DNA of 64,000 bases from Candidatus Coprenecus avistercoris (GTDB lineage: Bacteria > Bacteroidota > Bacteroidia > Bacteroidales > UBA932), in contig DVHI01000096.1 in assembly GCA_018712275.1 (NCBI GenBank), forward strand, positions 107-64,106, given 5' to 3'. Under the pieces are notes generated by a model. That model had not been told where the DNA came from and searched no databases. It saw only the letters and a program-made list of their open reading frames with translations. The position numbers and the translations under genes are program-made. How positions within the stretch are numbered: the stretch's first letter is position 1; the number at the start of each line of letters is the position of its first letter. Below, one piece after another: positions 59,401 to 64,000 of this stretch.

Positions 59401-60216
59401 CTACAAAATCTGCATGGCATTCTTAAAGCGGTCCCAGACGATATCTACGGCGGCCTGCGTGGGGTGGGCGCCGTCGGTCTCGAACCAAGTGCGGTCGCGG
59501 AGCTCGTCAATGATGATTTCGTAGGAGGGAAAATACTCAGCGTTGGGACAAGTCCGGACGAGGATGTCCTCGGCCAGGAGGAGGGTGGCCTTGGACAGCT
59601 GATTGCCGTGCAGGCCGTCCTTGAGGTGGCGGATGGGCGAGACAGTCAGGATAAAATGCCTGTCACTGAAGCGCTCGAGGACGGGTGCCCAGAGGGAGAC
59701 AATATCCTCGACGGAGAGGCGCTCGCGGCGGAACTCCCACGCCGGATGCTTGTGGCAGTTCGAGACGATGATGTCCCGCTCCAGATGGCGGAACACCCAT
59801 GCCGTGCCGAAGGTGATGATAACGGTCCGGGCCCGGCGGAAGGCCTCGGAGGCCTGGGCAAGGGCGGCATTGGCATGCTCCAGAAACTCTTCGGGAGTCT
59901 TCCGTGCGAAGGAGCCGTGATGGTGGAATGATACGTACCCCCCGCCCTCAGGGGCAATGGGACGGTGCTCCGGCGACACGGCTTTCCGCGGCCGTCCCTC
60001 CCGCACCGGATTGGTGTCCCGCGGGATGACGTCCTCCGGTCCGAAGGGCCGTCCGTCCGCCAGCCGCAACAGCGACGAGGCGACCGAAGCCGGATTGTAC
60101 AGCACCCCGAATGGATTGACGCACACCTCCATCCCCGCTTCCGCCATCCTCCTGCCCATCTCCGCGGAGAAGCACGAGCCGAGGGAGAGAGCTACGGTGT
60201 CTTTTTTTATTTTCAT
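59401..60216 (-). CDS. GSCFA-domain protein
   Basis: It has the eponymous LGSCFSAE motif near the N-terminus. I place the start at the ATG at 60216. Confidence 0.8.
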   Translation of the reverse strand: MKIKKDTVALSLGSCFSAEMGRRMAEAGMEVCVNPFGVLYNPASVASSLLRLADGRPFGPEDVIPRDTNPVREGRPRKAVSPEHRPIAPEGGGYVSFHHHGSFARKTPEEFLEHANAALAQASEAFRRARTVIITFGTAWVFRHLERDIIVSNCHKHPAWEFRRERLSVEDIVSLWAPVLERFSDRHFILTVSPIRHLKDGLHGNQLSKATLLLAEDILVRTCPNAEYFPSYEIIIDELRDRTWFETDGAHPTQAAVDIVWDRFKNAMQIL

Positions 60217-60241
60217 AATGACAAATTTAGGCAAAAACTGC

Positions 60242-60277
60242 AAAAAGCCGATCCGCGATAACACGGACCGGCTTTTT
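60242..60277 (-). terminator. rplQ rho-independent terminator
   Basis: The minus strand reads AAAAAGCCGGTCCG-loop-CGGATCGGCTTTTT. Confidence 0.6.
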
Positions 60278-60299
60278 ACTGTGTGAGGACGGCTGAGAA

Positions 60300-60815
60300 T
60301 TACTCTGCCTTGGGAGCCTCTGCCTCAGCGGCAGGTGCCTCGGCTTTGGGTGCCTCGGCGGCTGCGGGAGCGGCCTCGGCCTTGGGAGCGGCTTTCTTGC
60401 GGCTGCGGCGGGTAGAGGTCTTCTTCTCAGCGGCCTTGGTTGTTCCGAGAGCTGCCTCGTTGAAGTCTACCAGCTCGATGAACGCCATGTCAGCGGCATC
60501 GCCCTGACGGAAGCCGGTCTTGATGATGCGGGTGTATCCGCCGGGACGGTCGGCGATCTTGGGAGCCACGTTGCGGAAGAGCTCTGTCACGGCCTCCTTC
60601 TGCTTCAGATAAGCGAAGACAGTACGGCGGGAGTGGGTGGAGTCATCCTTCGACTTGGTGATCAGGGGCTCTACATACTCTCTGAGAGCCTTTGCCTTTG
60701 CGACGGTGGTCTCTATCCTCTTGTGGAGAATCAGCGAGCAGGCCATGTTGGCGAGCATCGACTTGCGGTGACCGCTCTTGCGTCCTAAATGATTGATTGT
60801 CCTATTGTGCCTCAT
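60300..60815 (-). CDS. rplQ: 50S ribosomal protein L17 with Ala/Pro/Lys/Glu-rich tail
   Basis: It begins [25 protein letters not shown]. The core is about 120 aa, followed by a low-complexity tail of about 50 aa. Confidence 0.95.
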   Translation of the reverse strand: MRHNRTINHLGRKSGHRKSMLANMACSLILHKRIETTVAKAKALREYVEPLITKSKDDSTHSRRTVFAYLKQKEAVTELFRNVAPKIADRPGGYTRIIKTGFRQGDAADMAFIELVDFNEAALGTTKAAEKKTSTRRSRKKAAPKAEAAPAAAEAPKAEAPAAEAEAPKAE

Positions 60816-61833
60816 TGTTATTATCTACTTCAGGTTTCTTTTTTACTTCAATATTGTATTTGCTTACATCCATTCCGAAATTGAGCTTTACCCTGTCCAT
60901 CAGGACATCTATCTCGTTCATGGACTTCTTGCCGAAGTTCCTGAAACGGATGAGCTCGGGCCTCTGGTGCGAAACCAGGTCGGCGAATGTCTCGATGTTG
61001 GCTGCCTTCAGACAGTTGAGGGCCCTTACGGAGAGCTCCATGTCGGAAAGTTTGGTAAGCAGCAGGTGCCTCATGCGCAGAGCTTCCTCGTCGAGAGCCT
61101 CGGGAGCGCTCTTTTCGGGAGGTGTCTCCAGGGAGATCTTCTCGTCGGAGAAGAGCATGAAGTGGTAGATGAGGATCTTGGCGGCCTCGGTCAGGGCATC
61201 CTTGGGATGGATGGATCCGTCGGTGGTGATCTCGAGGTTCAGCTTGTCGTAGTCGGTCTTCTGCTCGACGCGGTAGTCCTCCACAGAATAGTTGACATTC
61301 TTGATGGGGGTGAATATCGAGTCGATGGGAATGGTTCCTATAGGGGCTGATTCCACCTTGTTCTCATCCGAAGGCACATATCCGCGGCCCTTGCCGATGT
61401 GGAGCTCTACGGAGAGCTTCACGGTAGGCTCCATGGAGCAGATGTGCAGCTGGGGGTTGAGGACCGAGAAGTTGCAGAGGCTCTTGGAGATATCCTCTGC
61501 AGTGAACTCCTGTTTGCCGGTCACGGTGAAGCTGACGGTCTCAGCCTCTTCCTCCTTGACTTCTCTCTTGAAACGTACCTGCTTGAGATTAAGAATGATG
61601 TCTACTACACTCTCAATGACTCCGGGGATAGTGTCAAACTCATGACTCACCCCTTCAATCCTTACGGATGTAATGGCAAATCCCTCCAACGAGGACAACA
61701 GGACCCTGCGCAGGGCATTGCCTATTGTAATCCCGTATCCGGGTTCCAGCGGGCGGAACTCGAACTTTCCGAAAGTATCGGTAGATTCGAGCATTATTAC
61801 TTTGTCCGGTTTCTGAAATGCTAAAATTGCCAT
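60802..61833 (-). CDS. rpoA: DNA-directed RNA polymerase subunit alpha
   Basis: It has [17 protein letters not shown] and the C-terminal domain motif [14 protein letters not shown]. It overlaps rplQ by 14 nt. Confidence 0.95.
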   Translation of the reverse strand: MAILAFQKPDKVIMLESTDTFGKFEFRPLEPGYGITIGNALRRVLLSSLEGFAITSVRIEGVSHEFDTIPGVIESVVDIILNLKQVRFKREVKEEEAETVSFTVTGKQEFTAEDISKSLCNFSVLNPQLHICSMEPTVKLSVELHIGKGRGYVPSDENKVESAPIGTIPIDSIFTPIKNVNYSVEDYRVEQKTDYDKLNLEITTDGSIHPKDALTEAAKILIYHFMLFSDEKISLETPPEKSAPEALDEEALRMRHLLLTKLSDMELSVRALNCLKAANIETFADLVSHQRPELIRFRNFGKKSMNEIDVLMDRVKLNFGMDVSKYNIEVKKKPEVDNNNEAQ

Positions 61834-61844
61834 GACGTCATTGA

Positions 61845-62447
61845 TTATTTAGAGTACAGTTCGACGATCAGCTGCTCGTTGATATTCTCAGGTATCTCAG
61901 TTCTCTCGGGGAGATTGAGGAACTTGCCGGAAAGGTCGGCGCGGTTCCACTCGATCCATGCGTACTTGCAGGTATCGGCCACGCTGTTCTGGATGACCTC
62001 GAGGCTCTTGGACCTCTCGCGCACACCTACGACAGCACCGGGCTTAACGATAGTGGAGGGCACGTTGCACACCTCGCCGTTGAGGACGATGTGGCAGTGC
62101 GACACGAGCTGGCGTGCGGCAGCACGTGTGGGAGCGATACCCATGCGGTAAACGATGTTGTCCAGGCGGGACTCAAGGAGCATCAGGAGGTTCTCACCTG
62201 TACGTCCCTGCATCCTGCGGGCCTTGGCGTATGTGTTACGGAACTGTCTCTCGAGAACGCCGTAGGTATATTTAACCTTCTGCTTCTCCTTGAGCTGGTT
62301 TCCGTACTCGGAGATTTTCTTGCGTTTCTTGGCCATTCCGTGCTGTCCGGGAGGATAGTTTTTCTTCTCGAAATACTTATCCGGACCGTAGATCGGTTCA
62401 CCGAACTTGCGGGCTATCTTTGTGGTAGGTCCTGTATATCTTGCCAT
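61845..62447 (-). CDS. rpsD: 30S ribosomal protein S4
   Basis: It begins [19 protein letters not shown] and has an S4 domain ([12 protein letters not shown]). Confidence 0.95.
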   Translation of the reverse strand: MARYTGPTTKIARKFGEPIYGPDKYFEKKNYPPGQHGMAKKRKKISEYGNQLKEKQKVKYTYGVLERQFRNTYAKARRMQGRTGENLLMLLESRLDNIVYRMGIAPTRAAARQLVSHCHIVLNGEVCNVPSTIVKPGAVVGVRERSKSLEVIQNSVADTCKYAWIEWNRADLSGKFLNLPERTEIPENINEQLIVELYSK

Positions 62448-62487
62448 AATTCTTAACTTTTAATCTTCTCTTTTGTTCTATACCAAA

Positions 62488-62880
62488 TTATACTTTACGG
62501 CGTCCTTTGGGACGGCATCCATTGTGAGGAAGCGGTGTCACGTCGACAATCTCGGTAACTTCAATACCGGTTCCATGGATGGTGCGGATCGCAGACTCGC
62601 GGCCCGCGCCGGGACCTTTGACATATGCCTTGATCTTGCGTAAACCCAAGTCGTAAGCAACCTTTGCGGCGTCAGCTGCTGCTACCTGCGCGGCATAGGG
62701 GGTGTTCTTCTTGGAACCGCGGAATCCCATCTTGCCGGCCGAAGACCAACTGATAACCTGACCCATACTGTTGGTCATGGTTACGATCACATTGTTGAAA
62801 GTCGAGGAGATATGTGCCTCGCCGTAGGCGTCAACCTTTACGACTCTCTTCTTATTGGTTGTTCCAGATTTCTTTGCCAT
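62488..62880 (-). CDS. rpsK: 30S ribosomal protein S11
   Basis: It carries the motifs [14 protein letters not shown] and [12 protein letters not shown]. Confidence 0.95.
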   Translation of the reverse strand: MAKKSGTTNKKRVVKVDAYGEAHISSTFNNVIVTMTNSMGQVISWSSAGKMGFRGSKKNTPYAAQVAAADAAKVAYDLGLRKIKAYVKGPGAGRESAIRTIHGTGIEVTEIVDVTPLPHNGCRPKGRRKV

Positions 62881-62893
62881 ATTCAGTTACTTG

Positions 62894-63271
62894 TTACTTA
62901 GTTGCTTTTTTCTTGTTGGCCACCGTCTTCTTCTTACCCTTACGTGTACGGGCATTGTTCTTGGTGCTCTGTCCGCGTACGGGGAGTCCGATACGGTGAC
63001 GGATTCCTCTGTAGCATCCGATATCCATCAGACGCTTGATGTTCATCTGAACGGATGAACGAAGTTCACCCTCAATCTTGTAGTGCTCAGCGATAGTGGA
63101 CCTGATCGCTGCGATCTGGTCGTCGTTCCAGTCGCTCACCTTGGTGTCGAAGTCGATACCGCAATCGGTGAGGATCTTACGGGCGGAACTACGGCCGATA
63201 CCGTAGATATAGGTAAGACCTATCTCTCCTCTTTTGTTTTTAGGTAAATCTACACCGGCTATACGTGCCAT
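62894..63271 (-). CDS. rpsM: 30S ribosomal protein S13
   Basis: It begins [14 protein letters not shown] and carries [15 protein letters not shown]. Confidence 0.95.
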   Translation of the reverse strand: MARIAGVDLPKNKRGEIGLTYIYGIGRSSARKILTDCGIDFDTKVSDWNDDQIAAIRSTIAEHYKIEGELRSSVQMNIKRLMDIGCYRGIRHRIGLPVRGQSTKNNARTRKGKKKTVANKKKATK

Positions 63272-63306
63272 ACTATATTACTTTTTTATTTGTTTTACAC
63301 ATTTAA

Positions 63307-63423
63307 TTATCCCTGGCGCATCTTGAACTTAGGATTCTTTTTGCAGATGACATAAAGGCGGCCTTTGCGCTTTACTATTTTGCAATCCTCGCTGCGCTTC
63401 TTGATGGATGCTTTAACTTTCAT
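63307..63423 (-). CDS. rpmJ: 50S ribosomal protein L36
   Basis: It is not in the ORF track because it is under 60 aa. My translation gives [38 protein letters not shown] (38 aa). Confidence 0.9.
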   Translation of the reverse strand: MKVKASIKKRSEDCKIVKRKGRLYVICKKNPKFKMRQG

Positions 63424-63435
63424 TGTCGTAAATTT

Positions 63436-63654
63436 TTATTTGTACCTGAAAGAAATTCTTCCTTTTGATAAATCATAAGGGGACATCTCTACTCTGACCT
63501 TGTCGCCGGGCAGGATACGGATATAGTGCATGCGCATCTTGCCGGATATATGGGCTATGATCACATGGCCGTTGTCCAGCTCCACGCGGAACATGGCGTT
63601 GGAGAGGGCCTCGATTATAGTTCCATCCTTTTCTATAGCAGCTTGCTTGGGCAT
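63436..63654 (-). CDS. infA: translation initiation factor IF-1
   Basis: It is 72 aa long with an S1-like fold ([20 protein letters not shown]...ISGKMR). Confidence 0.95.
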   Translation of the reverse strand: MPKQAAIEKDGTIIEALSNAMFRVELDNGHVIIAHISGKMRMHYIRILPGDKVRVEMSPYDLSKGRISFRYK

Positions 63655-63674
63655 AAGTACTTGTCTCTTACAAC

Positions 63675-64000
63675 TTAATATTGTCTCTTACCTTCTATAA
63701 AGTCAAAAGTAGACAGAATATCGGCTTTCTCGTCCCCGACGGCGACCGTGAGCTCGAAGTGGGCTGACTTCTTCTTGTCACAGGTGCTGACAGCCCATCC
63801 GTTCTCGTGGAGGTAAATCGCTTTGCCTCCGGCATTGATCATCGGCTCTATGCAGATGGTCATACCCTTGACCAGCTTCTTTCCGGTGCCCGCCTTGCCG
63901 TAGTTCGGAACCTCGGGATGCTCGTGCATGTCCTTGCCGATTCCGTGTCCTACCATCTCGCGGACCACCGAGAAACCGAAACTCTCGGTATATGACTGGA
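63675..64000 (-). CDS. map: type I methionine aminopeptidase, C-terminal part (gene runs off the window end)
   Basis: It carries GHGIG...H and the ICIEPM metal-ligand motifs. The reading frame stays open to position 64000. Confidence 0.9.
   Translation of the reverse strand, partial: QSYTESFGFSVVREMVGHGIGKDMHEHPEVPNYGKAGTGKKLVKGMTICIEPMINAGGKAIYLHENGWAVSTCDKKKSAHFELTVAVGDEKADILSTFDFIEGKRQY

Overview
This is a dense, almost entirely coding chromosomal segment of about 66 genes, most on the minus strand. It appears to come from a relatively GC-rich member of the Bacteroidota, probably Bacteroidales. The taxon call is inference, based on TAnnTTTG -7 promoter boxes, lipobox lipoproteins, Rpn, GSCFA, DUF4105, DUF3108 and OstA-like families, and an RseC-RnfBCDGEA operon.

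Recognisable blocks, in order:
- an exported-protein plus patatin operon
- an ACP-less fabH-fabF-fabZ-fabG cluster
- a histidine-utilisation operon (hutH-hutI-MBL-ftcD)
- envelope chaperones (OstA-like, SurA-like) and guaB
- pnp and rpsO
- a TPP-riboswitch-controlled thiE-thiC-thi4 operon, convergent with thiD-thiE2, with an Rpn nuclease gene between them
- glyA
- a long co-directional string from two M23 peptidases through dnaB to the rnf operon
- a thiamine diphosphokinase-transporter pair
- an LptF/G-Fmt in-frame fusion, alaS, tgt, and the 3' end of the ribosomal-protein/rpoA cluster (map-infA-rpmJ-rpsM-rpsK-rpsD-rpoA-rplQ)

I saw no rRNA, tRNA, CRISPR array, prophage or obvious defence island. 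I cannot point to a clear-cut new multi-gene system. The best candidates for something undescribed are:
- the stand-alone accessory FAS-II cluster facing the lipoprotein/patatin operon
- the LptF/G-Fmt fusion ORF
- the BASS-like transporter translationally coupled to thiamine diphosphokinase
- a His-type (non-suicide) Thi4
- an 89-nt insert flanked by 22-nt direct repeats that rewrites the transporter's 3' end

All family calls rest on motif recognition by eye, not on database searches.
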